Positions 7,880 to 16,766 of a stretch of 37,838 bases of DNA are shown here, one piece after another. This stretch comes from Erysipelothrix sp. (GTDB taxonomy: Bacteria > Bacillota_I > Bacilli_A > Erysipelotrichales > Erysipelotrichaceae). The stretch is from positions 1 through 37,838 of the forward strand of contig JBGXRX010000153.1 of assembly GCA_041811795.1 (NCBI GenBank), written 5' to 3'. The notes below the pieces were generated by a model. It saw nothing but the letters and a program-made list of their open reading frames with translations, had not been told where the DNA came from and did not search any database. The position numbers were made by a program, and so were the translations under genes. Every line of letters starts with the position of its first letter. The stretch's first letter is position 1.

Positions 7880-8926
7880 ATGATTCAATTTAAGAATATA
7901 TCGAAAACATTTGAATCCAAAACCGGTATCGTTCATGCAGTTAAAGATGTTAATCTTGAAATAAATAGCGGAGAAATATTCGGAGTTATTGGATACTCAG
8001 GTGCTGGTAAGTCAACTTTAGTTAGACTTATCAATTTATTAGAAAGACCAACACAAGGCTCAATCTATATAAGTGGTAAAGACATTACTCAATTCAACGA
8101 AAGCCAATTACGAGAAAGACGTAAGAAAATAGGAATGATTTTCCAACAATTCAACCTTCTCTCAGCACGTAATGTCTTTGAAAACATAGCTTTACCTTTA
8201 AAAAGACAAGGTCTATCCAAAGAAGAGATTCACGATAAAGTGATCGGCTTATTGGAACTAGTTGGTATCTTAGATAAAGCAAAAGCTTACCCATCCCAGT
8301 TATCAGGCGGTCAAAAGCAAAGAGTAGCAATCGCTAGAGCTTTAGCAAACGACCCTGATATCCTATTATGTGATGAGGCTACTTCAGCTTTAGATCCACA
8401 AACAACAAAAACAATATTGAAACTAATCAAAGATTTAAACGAAAAACTAAAACTTACTGTTGTTGTAATTACTCACGAAATGGAAGTTGTTAAAGAAATA
8501 TGCGATCGCGTAGCGGTTATGGAAGATGGTAATGTAGTTGAACTCAACACAGTACAAAACATTTTCTCTAATCCACAAGAAAACATTACTCGAGAATTTA
8601 TTAATTCTACATCAAACTTAAATAAATTATCCGACTTAATTCAAAACGAGTCAGAAGTTATACAGCTGCAAGCCTACGAGAAACTTTTAAGAATAGACTT
8701 TGTTGGAGAGAGCACTTCAGATGCTATCATCTCTAAGATTTCAAAAGAATACGATACTGAGGCAAGTATCATATTCGCAAACGTCGAAGTCATAAAAGAT
8801 GAAATATTAGGCTCTATGGTAATCAAGTTATCTGGAGAAAGCAACAACCAAGATGCTGCCATCAAGCATCTTGCGGAGATAGGAATTAAAGTGGAGGTGA
8901 TCAAACATGGCCCAGTGGTTAATTAA
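7880..8926 (+). CDS. metN: Methionine ABC transporter ATP-binding subunit
   Basis: GYSGAGKST, LSGGQKQRV and CDEATSALDP motifs; C-terminal NIL-like domain. Confidence 0.95.
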   Translation: MIQFKNISKTFESKTGIVHAVKDVNLEINSGEIFGVIGYSGAGKSTLVRLINLLERPTQGSIYISGKDITQFNESQLRERRKKIGMIFQQFNLLSARNVFENIALPLKRQGLSKEEIHDKVIGLLELVGILDKAKAYPSQLSGGQKQRVAIARALANDPDILLCDEATSALDPQTTKTILKLIKDLNEKLKLTVVVITHEMEVVKEICDRVAVMEDGNVVELNTVQNIFSNPQENITREFINSTSNLNKLSDLIQNESEVIQLQAYEKLLRIDFVGESTSDAIISKISKEYDTEASIIFANVEVIKDEILGSMVIKLSGESNNQDAAIKHLAEIGIKVEVIKHGPVVN

Positions 8927-9587
8927 ATATGCTCCTAATGTTGTCCAATTTGCGGACGTATTAGAGAAGGCAGTTTGGGATACATTAGAAATGATGGTCA
9001 AGGGTGGTGGTTATTCCTTCATTCTTGGATTGATATTTGGAACAATACTCGTTGTAACACGTAAAGGTGGTCTAAGCGAAAATAAGATAGTCAATGGAAT
9101 AATATCATTCTTTGTTAACTTCCTTCGCGCCCTACCATTTGTAATTTTAATTGGTTTATTAAAACCTCTTACACGAGCTATTTCAGGCACTACCATCGAG
9201 GTTAGAGGTATTATCTTCCCTCTAGTAGTAGGTTGTACGCCCTTCTTCATTAGACAGGTAGAACTAGCACTAAGCGAGGTAGACTCAGGACTAATTGAAG
9301 CTGCACAGGCAATGGGATTATCTAAGTTTGAAATTGTTACTAAAGTATATCTTAGAGAAAGTATTCCCTCACTAGCACGATCAGTAACTATAACACTTAT
9401 CAGTTTACTTGGTTTAACAGCCATGGCAGGAGCCGTTGGTGCTGGTGGTATAGGAGATGCTGTACTCAAGTTTGGTTATAACAGGAATATGCCAGATATA
9501 ACTTATTTCTGTGTTATCGTAATATTAATTATTGTTATTATTATTCAGTTTACAGGTAATTTTGTCATTAAGAAAGCAACACACTAA
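8907..9587 (+). CDS. metI: Methionine ABC transporter permease
   Basis: RALPFVIL, GLIEAAQAMG and AMAGAVGAGGIG motifs. Confidence 0.94.
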   Translation: MAQWLIKYAPNVVQFADVLEKAVWDTLEMMVKGGGYSFILGLIFGTILVVTRKGGLSENKIVNGIISFFVNFLRALPFVILIGLLKPLTRAISGTTIEVRGIIFPLVVGCTPFFIRQVELALSEVDSGLIEAAQAMGLSKFEIVTKVYLRESIPSLARSVTITLISLLGLTAMAGAVGAGGIGDAVLKFGYNRNMPDITYFCVIVILIIVIIIQFTGNFVIKKATH

Positions 9588-9601
9588 AGGAGAAATTAAA
9601 A

Positions 9602-10408
9602 ATGAAAAAAATATTAGCAGCATTACTCGTATTGGTACTACTTACAGCTTGTGGAAGCAAACCCGCAGCTGAGAAAACAGAATATAAAATTGGGATTCAC
9701 GGTGGAGACTCAGGATTAGCTTGGAAACACGTAGCTTCAATCTTAAAAGACGAAGGCATTGATTTGAAAATCGTATCATTCGCTCAATACCCAGAACCTA
9801 ACAGTGCATTAAGTAACAAGGAAATTGATCTAAACGCATTCCAACACCATGCATACTTCGAAAAAGAAAAAGCAGACTTCAATTATGACCTAACAGCAGT
9901 AGCTGATACATATATTGCTCCAATGGGTGCATATTCAAATAAACTTGAATCACTAGATGCAATCAAAGACGGTGCTACAATTCTTGTACCAAACGATGTT
10001 ACAAACGGTGGACGTGCATTTGATTTATTAAAAGCTAACGGACTTATCGAATTGAAAAACGCAGCAGGAACAATTCCAAGCTTAGCAGATGTTCAAAACG
10101 ATCGTAACTTCAAAATTGTTGAAATGGAAGCTGCAAACATTCCATCATCACTTGATGACGCTGATCTAGCAGTTATCAACTCAGGAATCGCAGTTGACTC
10201 CGGATTAAGCCCTAAAGATGCTCTATTCATTGAACAAGTAGATCTAAACAACAAGGAACCATTCAAACAATACATCAACTTAATTGCTACTCGCACAGAA
10301 GATAAAGATGATAAAGTTATCAAACGCATTATCGAAATCTATCATACAGACGAAGTTAAAGCAATTGTAGATCAAGATTCAAAAGGCGCAAACATACCAG
10401 TATGGTAA
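9602..10408 (+). CDS. metQ: Methionine-binding lipoprotein (NlpA/MetQ)
   Basis: Lipobox LLTAC; DLNAFQH and PNDVTNGGRA motifs. Confidence 0.94.
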   Translation: MKKILAALLVLVLLTACGSKPAAEKTEYKIGIHGGDSGLAWKHVASILKDEGIDLKIVSFAQYPEPNSALSNKEIDLNAFQHHAYFEKEKADFNYDLTAVADTYIAPMGAYSNKLESLDAIKDGATILVPNDVTNGGRAFDLLKANGLIELKNAAGTIPSLADVQNDRNFKIVEMEAANIPSSLDDADLAVINSGIAVDSGLSPKDALFIEQVDLNNKEPFKQYINLIATRTEDKDDKVIKRIIEIYHTDEVKAIVDQDSKGANIPVW

Positions 10409-10412
10409 TAGC

Positions 10413-10442
10413 AAAGGTACATCTTACGATGTACCTTTTTTA
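10413..10442. terminator. Bidirectional intrinsic terminator between metQ and the convergent small ORF
   Basis: AAAGGTACATC-TTAC-GATGTACCTTT followed by a T-run. Confidence 0.85.
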
Positions 10443-10649
10443 TTTCATTAGATTGAATAGTCTATCTCCGTAGAACCAGGATATTGAAATGATTAACCAC
10501 AATACAATCACCAGTAGTAACATACATATCAAAGCTACAATTCTGAAAACTATAGGCGACATGTTTCTCGTCCACTCTTGTTTGTTTAACCAAGGTGCGA
10601 AAAGCGAATAGCCAGAAAGAAATTCAAATGCCAAATATAGAAGTTCCAT
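10440..10649 (-). CDS. Small hypothetical membrane protein (69 aa)
   Basis: AGGGGG RBS before the ATG; one long hydrophobic segment; stop coincides with the terminator. Confidence 0.6.
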   Translation of the reverse strand: MELLYLAFEFLSGYSLFAPWLNKQEWTRNMSPIVFRIVALICMLLLVIVLWLIISISWFYGDRLFNLMK

Positions 10650-10694
10650 ATCAATACCCCCTCTTAAACTTTCTTTATCTTAATTCTATCTCAT

Positions 10695-10985
10695 TTACTC
10701 TACTGTAGCCATTTTAAGTATCTCATCTACACGTAACCTACCATAATCAAGTTGATCAATGATTAAAATCCTAGACCCCTTAATTTCTTTTCTTACATTT
10801 GATTCCATATAGGAAATTTGTGATGCTAATAATATAAGGTCAACACCTTTTGATTATGCAACAATATCAGATATCCCTTGGGCACTGATTGTATAGCCTA
10901 ATCCATCAAGATCTGATTTATCCTGCATTTTATTAGCTAAAAGAGACGTAGACATACCTCAAGAGCAAAATAATTTAATAATCAT
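10695..10985 (-). pseudogene. PTS lactose/cellobiose-family IIB pseudogene (two in-frame stops)
   Basis: Manual translation MIIKLFCS*GMSTSLLANKMQDKSDLDGLGYTISAQGISDIVA*SKGVDLILLASQISYMES...IIDQLDYGRLRVDEILKMATVE aligns end to end with the adjacent intact IIB. TGA at 10959-10961, TAA at 10854-10856; AAGGGGGG RBS. Confidence 0.9.
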
Positions 10986-11028
10986 AATAACCCCCCTTAT
11001 TCAATTATCTTATCAAAAAAGGACAAAG

Positions 11029-11052
11029 AAAAACCATATCCGAAGATATGGC
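11029..11052 (-). terminator. Intrinsic terminator after PTS IIB
   Basis: Minus strand CCATATC-TTCG-GATATGG-TTTTT (cUUCGg tetraloop). Confidence 0.85.
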
Positions 11053-11351
11053 TAGTCTAAATGTGCTTGGATTGCTTTAAGAACAGCTGCACCGTTCATA
11101 GTACCGTAAGCTCTCATTTCAATTACATCAATTTTCTTGTCTGGGTAAGCTTTTTCAAGATCACCTTTGCTGAAACGTACTTGTGGTCCTAAAAGAACTA
11201 AGTCAGCTGATGGAACTACAGCAGGAGCTTCACTCATACCGTATGCAGCGATAGTTAGATCGTAACCTTCTGTATCTGCAACTTCTTTTACCTTGTTAAC
11301 CAAGATACTAGTGGACATTCCACCTGAACATAATAGTACAATATTTTTCAT
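11052..11351 (-). CDS. PTS lactose/cellobiose-family IIB subunit
   Basis: LLCSGGMSTS phosphorylation loop, LLGPQV and YG-x-MNG motifs. Confidence 0.93.
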   Translation of the reverse strand: MKNIVLLCSGGMSTSILVNKVKEVADTEGYDLTIAAYGMSEAPAVVPSADLVLLGPQVRFSKGDLEKAYPDKKIDVIEMRAYGTMNGAAVLKAIQAHLD

Positions 11352-11374
11352 AATTGAATCCTCCTTTATTATGT

Positions 11375-12523
11375 TTAATTAATTGGGTTGGGCTGTATTT
11401 GCCCGAGTATTACTGGGTGTTTAGCCCCTGTTGCTAAGGGTGCATTGTTATTTTGGTGTGATAATGTATCATTTCCTAAAATAGCAAAGGCAATTGCTTC
11501 CTTAGCATCACTTGAAAACCCTAAGTCTTCTTGAACCATGACCTTATAACCAGGTAACATTTCGCTAATGAGACTTACTAGAAGTGGATTGTAAGCACCT
11601 CCACCCCCTAAGATTATCTCATCAACTTCAACTTTTGAAAAAATAAATCTCTTATAAGATTGGACAATACTGTAAGCAGTAAAGTAAGTAAGTGTATAAA
11701 TTATATCATTTGCAAATGGGTATTTCTTACAAAGCTTTTCAACATTATCTTTTGTATAATATTCTCTTCCTGTAGATTTAGGCGGTTGAATATCTAAGTA
11801 TGGATCGCACTTTAACTCTTCCATCAATTCCGGAATAAGTTTCCCTTGTAAACCATATTGAGCGTCTTTGTCATATGCTTCTTGATAGAAATGCTCAACT
11901 GCAGCATTCATCATCATATTACCAGGACCTGTATCAAAGGCCCAAACATCTTCTAGATTAGCATCTTTATTAAGGACAGTAACATTACCAATACCTCCGA
12001 TATTTTGGAGTAATCTGTTTTTATTACTATCTTTATATAATACAAGTTCTGTATAAGGTACTAAAGGAGCTCCTTCACCACCCGCTACAATATCCATCAT
12101 TCTGAAATTGAATACAACTGGAACTTTATGTTCATATGCAATTGGTGAGGGATCACCAATTTGCAGTGTAGATCGAATATGTCCTTCTTCAGGATTAGGA
12201 ATATGATAAATAGTTTGTCCATGAGAAGCAACAAAATCCAACTTCTCTTGGAAATTGCTCTTATCAAGTACTTCTTTAACTGCTTTAGAAAATAAGTAGC
12301 CTAGCTCTAAATTGACACTCGTTAACTCAACTATATTTGAAGTCTTAGGATCCACCAAAGCCATGATTCTATTTCTCATCGACTCATCCAGATCAAGACT
12401 AGCAAATTCAATCAACTCTACTTGTGTTTTTAAACCACTATCAGTAAGTTTAACTAAAGCTGCATCAATACCATCTAAAGAGGTACCGGACATAAGCCCG
12501 ACACCATAACGATAGTTCTTCAT
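11375..12523 (-). CDS. anmK: Anhydro-N-acetylmuramic acid kinase
   Basis: GLMSGTSLDGID, SHGQT, GGEGAPLVP, NIGGIGN, FDTGPGN, PKSTGRE and KEAIAFA motifs. Confidence 0.96.
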   Translation of the reverse strand: MKNYRYGVGLMSGTSLDGIDAALVKLTDSGLKTQVELIEFASLDLDESMRNRIMALVDPKTSNIVELTSVNLELGYLFSKAVKEVLDKSNFQEKLDFVASHGQTIYHIPNPEEGHIRSTLQIGDPSPIAYEHKVPVVFNFRMMDIVAGGEGAPLVPYTELVLYKDSNKNRLLQNIGGIGNVTVLNKDANLEDVWAFDTGPGNMMMNAAVEHFYQEAYDKDAQYGLQGKLIPELMEELKCDPYLDIQPPKSTGREYYTKDNVEKLCKKYPFANDIIYTLTYFTAYSIVQSYKRFIFSKVEVDEIILGGGGAYNPLLVSLISEMLPGYKVMVQEDLGFSSDAKEAIAFAILGNDTLSHQNNNAPLATGAKHPVILGQIQPNPIN

Positions 12524-13428
12524 TATTTTAATGAATCAAGGGCTTTAGTAACGTGTCCCTTGAATTTACTTAGTAATTCTTTTGCATCATTAATCTCGAG
12601 TGAAGTTTTTAACATTACAATTGCAAGTTTTACATCATTATTTGTTAGATCAAGATATTTACTAGCTGTTTCGTAGTCACATCCTGAACCGTCCATAATA
12701 ATATTCTTAGCACGTTCAATTAATTTAAGGTTACTTGTTTTTACATCAACCATTAGGTTTCCATAAACCTTACCTAATTTGATCATTGCACCTGTAGTAA
12801 TCATGTTTAGTACCATTTTTGTAGCACTTCCTGATTTCATACGTGTTGAACCTGTAATAACTTCTTGTCCAACAACTGCTTCAATTGCAACGTCGGCAAT
12901 TTTCCCAATTTCACTATTTGATACACAAGCTAATGATATTGTTTTTGCACCAATTTCTTGAGCATATTTTAAACCACCAATACAGTATGGTGTTCTTCCA
13001 GATGCAGCAATAGCACATAAAACATCTTTCCTATTGAAATCAATATTCTTAAGATCTTCAATAACTAAAGACTCACTATCCTCTGCAGATTCAATTGGTA
13101 ATCTTAATGCTAAATCCCCTCCAGCAATAAGTCCAATAACACTTTCTTCCCCAACACCGAAAGTAGGTAGAATCTCAGAAGCGTCTAAAACACCAAGTCT
13201 TCCCGAAGTACCAGCTCCGATATAAACTAATCGTCCGCCTTCTTCAATCGCCTTGTAAGTTAAATCGATGGCTTGAGCTATTTCAACTGCAGCCTCATCG
13301 ATTGACTCGATAATTCTTTGATCTTCTCTATTAATGAGTTGTACCATTTCTAGAGTAGACAATGTATCTATATTTAGAGTATTTAAGTTTCTCTGTTCTG
13401 TACCAATATCATTTAAGTTAATTTTCAT
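12523..13428 (-). CDS. murQ: N-acetylmuramic acid 6-phosphate etherase
   Basis: TEQRN, GAGTSGRLGVLDASE, AED, ASGRTPY, GSTRMKSG and NLMVD motifs. Confidence 0.97.
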   Translation of the reverse strand: MKINLNDIGTEQRNLNTLNIDTLSTLEMVQLINREDQRIIESIDEAAVEIAQAIDLTYKAIEEGGRLVYIGAGTSGRLGVLDASEILPTFGVGEESVIGLIAGGDLALRLPIESAEDSESLVIEDLKNIDFNRKDVLCAIAASGRTPYCIGGLKYAQEIGAKTISLACVSNSEIGKIADVAIEAVVGQEVITGSTRMKSGSATKMVLNMITTGAMIKLGKVYGNLMVDVKTSNLKLIERAKNIIMDGSGCDYETASKYLDLTNNDVKLAIVMLKTSLEINDAKELLSKFKGHVTKALDSLK

Positions 13429-13447
13429 GTATATACCTCACATCAAT

Positions 13448-13477
13448 ATTATAACTCAATTGAAATAAAGTTTCAAT
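13448..13477 (-). promoter_or_regulatory. Sigma-A promoter of murQ-anmK-IIB with an overlapping palindrome (candidate MurR operator)
   Basis: Minus strand TTGAAA-N17-TATAAT; inverted repeat ATTGAAA-N5-TTTCAAT at 13459-13477 covers the -35. Confidence 0.78.
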
Positions 13478-13505
13478 ATACGGTAACTTTCGTGTAAATA
13501 TATTT

Positions 13506-14348
13506 TTAGGTGTTTTTCTCTGTATGTAATTGTCTAGATTCAACTAATTTGGCATATGTTGCATCAAAATTACTGTTAACTAAATTGAAGTACATCAAGT
13601 CACTAATAATAAACATTGAGGCTCTAGATGATATTGCACCGAGTCGTATTTCACTCTCTTCTTTAGGAATATTAATAACATAGTCAGCCAGTTTTGATAA
13701 TGGACTAGTCCCAATCTGTGTAATGGCTATTGTTGTAGCTCCCTTTTCCTTAGCGATTCGTGTAAGGTTAACAATTTCTCTAGTTTTACCACTATAGGAG
13801 AAGCATAAAACCACATCCTCTGGATTACAGTGAGTAAGTGCAGAAATTGAAAGATTATTATCCCATGAATAGTTCACTTCACGATCGACACGAATTAACT
13901 TTTGATAAAGGTCATCAGCAACAATACCTGACCCACCAATTCCAACAAGATAAATTCTTCGAGCATTATTAACTTTTTCTGAAGCTTCTTTAAAAACCTC
14001 AAGGTTAAGTAGTTTGTATGTTATATCGATGGTATTCAAAGATGACAGCCTTGCCTTATCCGCCAACAATTCAAATGATTCTGATCCATCGATTATGAAA
14101 TTATTTTCCGCATAAATTGAGCTCTGGTGATCCTGAGCTAAAGACATCTTCATATTAGTAAAACCTTTAAAGCCAGCTTTTTTTGAAAATCTTACGATTG
14201 CTGCAGGCGATACACCGATTGAAGCCGCTACGTCTTGAACTGAACTGCCAATAACTACATCTTTAAAATCCAAAATGTAATTTGCAATCTTCTTTTCGTT
14301 TGTAGTAAAATCATTAATTTGTTCTTTAATTCTATAAATACTTCCCAT
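13506..14348 (-). CDS. murR: MurR/RpiR-family transcriptional regulator (HTH plus SIS)
   Basis: EKKIANYIL, VSPAAIVRFSKKAGFKGF, GIGGSG and SYSGKT motifs; adjacent to murQ. Confidence 0.88.
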   Translation of the reverse strand: MGSIYRIKEQINDFTTNEKKIANYILDFKDVVIGSSVQDVAASIGVSPAAIVRFSKKAGFKGFTNMKMSLAQDHQSSIYAENNFIIDGSESFELLADKARLSSLNTIDITYKLLNLEVFKEASEKVNNARRIYLVGIGGSGIVADDLYQKLIRVDREVNYSWDNNLSISALTHCNPEDVVLCFSYSGKTREIVNLTRIAKEKGATTIAITQIGTSPLSKLADYVINIPKEESEIRLGAISSRASMFIISDLMYFNLVNSNFDATYAKLVESRQLHTEKNT

Positions 14349-14371
14349 GATGATCCCCCTATATGTGAATA

Positions 14372-14392
14372 AAGAGTTGTTCTACAACTCTT
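14372..14392 (-). terminator. Hairpin or weak terminator between the MurK-like kinase and murR
   Basis: AAGAGTTGT-N3-ACAACTCTT perfect inverted repeat with only a short U-tract on the minus strand. Confidence 0.55.
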
Positions 14393-14414
14393 ATCATTCT
14401 TATAATAGCATATG

Positions 14415-15293
14415 TTATTGCTCTTTGTTATTCCTTAAAATGTATACTGCATATTCAACCTTATTTTTACCCTCATAAACTTCGAAGTAAGGATTTAGTG
14501 CACTTATACAGGCTTCTCTCACAATCTTATTATGAGTTAAAACGGAACCTCCGAATGCAATTTTAGTTTTTTCTTTGATTTTAAATCCATTTGCTATTGC
14601 AGCTAGTTCTCTTCCAGCTTCTTGGAAAATGAGATCAATATTTGGATCTTTACATTTAGAAAAAACTTTAGCTAATGAAGCGACTCTGAATCGGTACTCA
14701 TTTGGATTTTCATTTAGCAAAGCGATAATTCCATAAGGATTCGTAATGTTAAAATGTTTCAACGTTAGATCATAAACATCTGTGCGTTCGATTCTTTCAT
14801 CTACCTGTTGACTGAATAGTTGCAGGATTTTTTTACCAATCCAGAAACCACTACCCTCATCACCGATTTGATAACCGAAGCCACCTTGTCGATGAATCTT
14901 TTCACCATCATTATACATAGCAATAGAACCTGTACCTGAAATCAGGAATACACCTTTGCTACCATCCAAAGCAGCTATCATAGCAAGTTGTGAATCACTC
15001 ATTACTTTTGCTTGTGGAAATACAGATGAAATAACTTCATCAATTTGATTACGGACTTGATCATCCGAACCATATCCACCCAAGCCCATAACAATATCAA
15101 ATTCTTCTACTTTATAACCTTTTTCAATAAAATAGTCTTTTACTTTTTCGAAGCCTTTTTTCATATTTGAAAAACCGACTGTCATGAAATGAAGACTATC
15201 AAATTCAAGATGATCTAACTCTTTACCATCATGGTCAAAAAGTAGAAAAGAGGTGGAAGTGCCTCCACCATCTACCCCTAAATACTTTTTCAT
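14415..15293 (-). CDS. BadF/BadG/BcrA/BcrD-family amino-sugar kinase (MurK/GlcNAc-kinase-like)
   Basis: GVDGGGT, ISGTGSIA and GGFGYQIGDEGSGFWIG motifs; ATGA-coupled to mupG. Confidence 0.82.
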   Translation of the reverse strand: MKKYLGVDGGGTSTSFLLFDHDGKELDHLEFDSLHFMTVGFSNMKKGFEKVKDYFIEKGYKVEEFDIVMGLGGYGSDDQVRNQIDEVISSVFPQAKVMSDSQLAMIAALDGSKGVFLISGTGSIAMYNDGEKIHRQGGFGYQIGDEGSGFWIGKKILQLFSQQVDERIERTDVYDLTLKHFNITNPYGIIALLNENPNEYRFRVASLAKVFSKCKDPNIDLIFQEAGRELAAIANGFKIKEKTKIAFGGSVLTHNKIVREACISALNPYFEVYEGKNKVEYAVYILRNNKEQ

Positions 15294-16378
15294 AGAGAGA
15301 ACTCAAATTTTTGCCAAGGTTTAATTTGGTCTAATAAGAATACTTCTTCTTCTACAACTCGTCCTACAACGTTTGAACGTCCGGTGTTTACCATATCTTG
15401 CTTAGCAATATTCAATTCACCAGCATAGTGTCCAAAGTCATCACTTTCGATAACGATATCACCACGTTTGATCATTTCAGGTGCATTGATTAATGGGAAA
15501 CCTTGTCCACGGTATTTAACACGTGACATAGTTGAACGAATCATACTTGCATTAATATCCCCACGGTTAAAGTGTGGCTCTTCAAGTACAATCTTAGTAA
15601 ATAGTTCTGAAATTCCTTCATTTAATTCTACTTTAAGATTTAATTTTTGTAAGTTAACTTTCTTTAGCTCAATCATTTCTTCTTCACTTGGTCTGAAGTT
15701 TGAAATAATAATATCATCAATAACGTTTCTAGCAACGTAGTCTTTTAATTGAACATGCATTGGTAAGTCACGGTGTGATTCTAAAGTAACCATTCCGTAA
15801 TCTACTGGCCAAGGACCGTATGCTTGAGGGTTTTTACTTGCGATAAATGCAGCAGTACGTAAACCATGCTTTTTAAAACGTGCAGTTGTACGTTGGAAAT
15901 GATCTTCTGTTAATCCTGAATAAGGATGTGGATAGAAGTTGTGTGATGCCATCATATTGTATTGGTTTGGTAAGTAGTCCATAACAGTATCAATATAACT
16001 TGTATCTACACTCATGTTCATTTCTAACTTAAGTCCATATTCGTTAAATGACATCATTGCTTCTTGTTGACCACCAAATCCACCATCAAGACGTAGTCCA
16101 TCAGCACCAATGTCTTTGAAGAAAGAAAGATCGTCATAAGAAATTCCTAATTCACCAAATACTCGTGGGCTAACATCAACGATAATTTCAAAACCTTTAG
16201 ATTTTGCAAACAAGTTAATGTCTAAGAATTCAGCAATAATTTCTTCTCTTGGTTTTTGTACTGATAGTAAGCATGAGAAGATTCTTGAGAATCCTGCTTC
16301 AGCTGCTGCTTCAATGTAGTCTTTCATGTCTTCTACAGATGTTTTATCTGCATAAATTGATATACCTAATTTTCTCAT
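15290..16378 (-). CDS. mupG: DUF871/MupG-family 6-phospho-N-acetylmuramidase
   Basis: LGISIY, IIVDVSP, LRLDGGF, NMS, HNFYPHPYSGL, TLESHR and YAGEL motifs; murQ/PTS context. Confidence 0.88.
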   Translation of the reverse strand: MRKLGISIYADKTSVEDMKDYIEAAAEAGFSRIFSCLLSVQKPREEIIAEFLDINLFAKSKGFEIIVDVSPRVFGELGISYDDLSFFKDIGADGLRLDGGFGGQQEAMMSFNEYGLKLEMNMSVDTSYIDTVMDYLPNQYNMMASHNFYPHPYSGLTEDHFQRTTARFKKHGLRTAAFIASKNPQAYGPWPVDYGMVTLESHRDLPMHVQLKDYVARNVIDDIIISNFRPSEEEMIELKKVNLQKLNLKVELNEGISELFTKIVLEEPHFNRGDINASMIRSTMSRVKYRGQGFPLINAPEMIKRGDIVIESDDFGHYAGELNIAKQDMVNTGRSNVVGRVVEEEVFLLDQIKPWQKFEFSL

Positions 16379-16399
16379 ATTAAACGTTCCTCTTTCTTC

Positions 16400-16711
16400 C
16401 TAGACTGGGTAAATATTAAAAACCCAGAAATAAGATATTCCACTCGCTAGTAGTGTAAATAATAAAAAAGTAATCCAGAATCCTTTTGTAAATCCTCTAT
16501 TAGAATCTCTAACAAAAAGACTGTAACTAACTGAAAAACCTGTTGCTAATCCAAATAATAAAACTCTTAGTAAATATAACTTCAAACCTAATGCATCGAG
16601 GATAACCGGAAATACTAAACTTGCTAAAAGCATGGCAGCAAAAATATACAATGTACTCACAATTGAGATTCTTGTTAATGTGCTTGGCTTTGGCATAACC
16701 TTACGTTTCAT
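16400..16711 (-). CDS. Small 3-TM hypothetical membrane protein
   Basis: 103-aa ORF with AAGGAGA RBS and three hydrophobic segments, between PTS IIC and mupG. Confidence 0.75.
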   Translation of the reverse strand: MKRKVMPKPSTLTRISIVSTLYIFAAMLLASLVFPVILDALGLKLYLLRVLLFGLATGFSVSYSLFVRDSNRGFTKGFWITFLLFTLLASGISYFWVFNIYPV

Positions 16712-16731
16712 AAATTTCTCCTTCTTTATAG

Positions 16732-16760
16732 AAAAGGGTCTTGTTTTTCAACAAGACCCT
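16732..16760 (-). terminator. Terminator-like hairpin after PTS IIC
   Basis: Minus strand AGGGTCTTGTT-GAAA-AACAAGACCCT followed by TTTCT. Confidence 0.75.
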
Positions 16761-16766
16761 AACTAA

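Noticed and set aside
10959-10961. TGA as selenocysteine or Trp (genetic code 4) in the second IIB
   Set aside because: The position aligns to Gly, a second in-frame TAA follows, and TGA is used as a stop by rnmV, rsmG and tadA.
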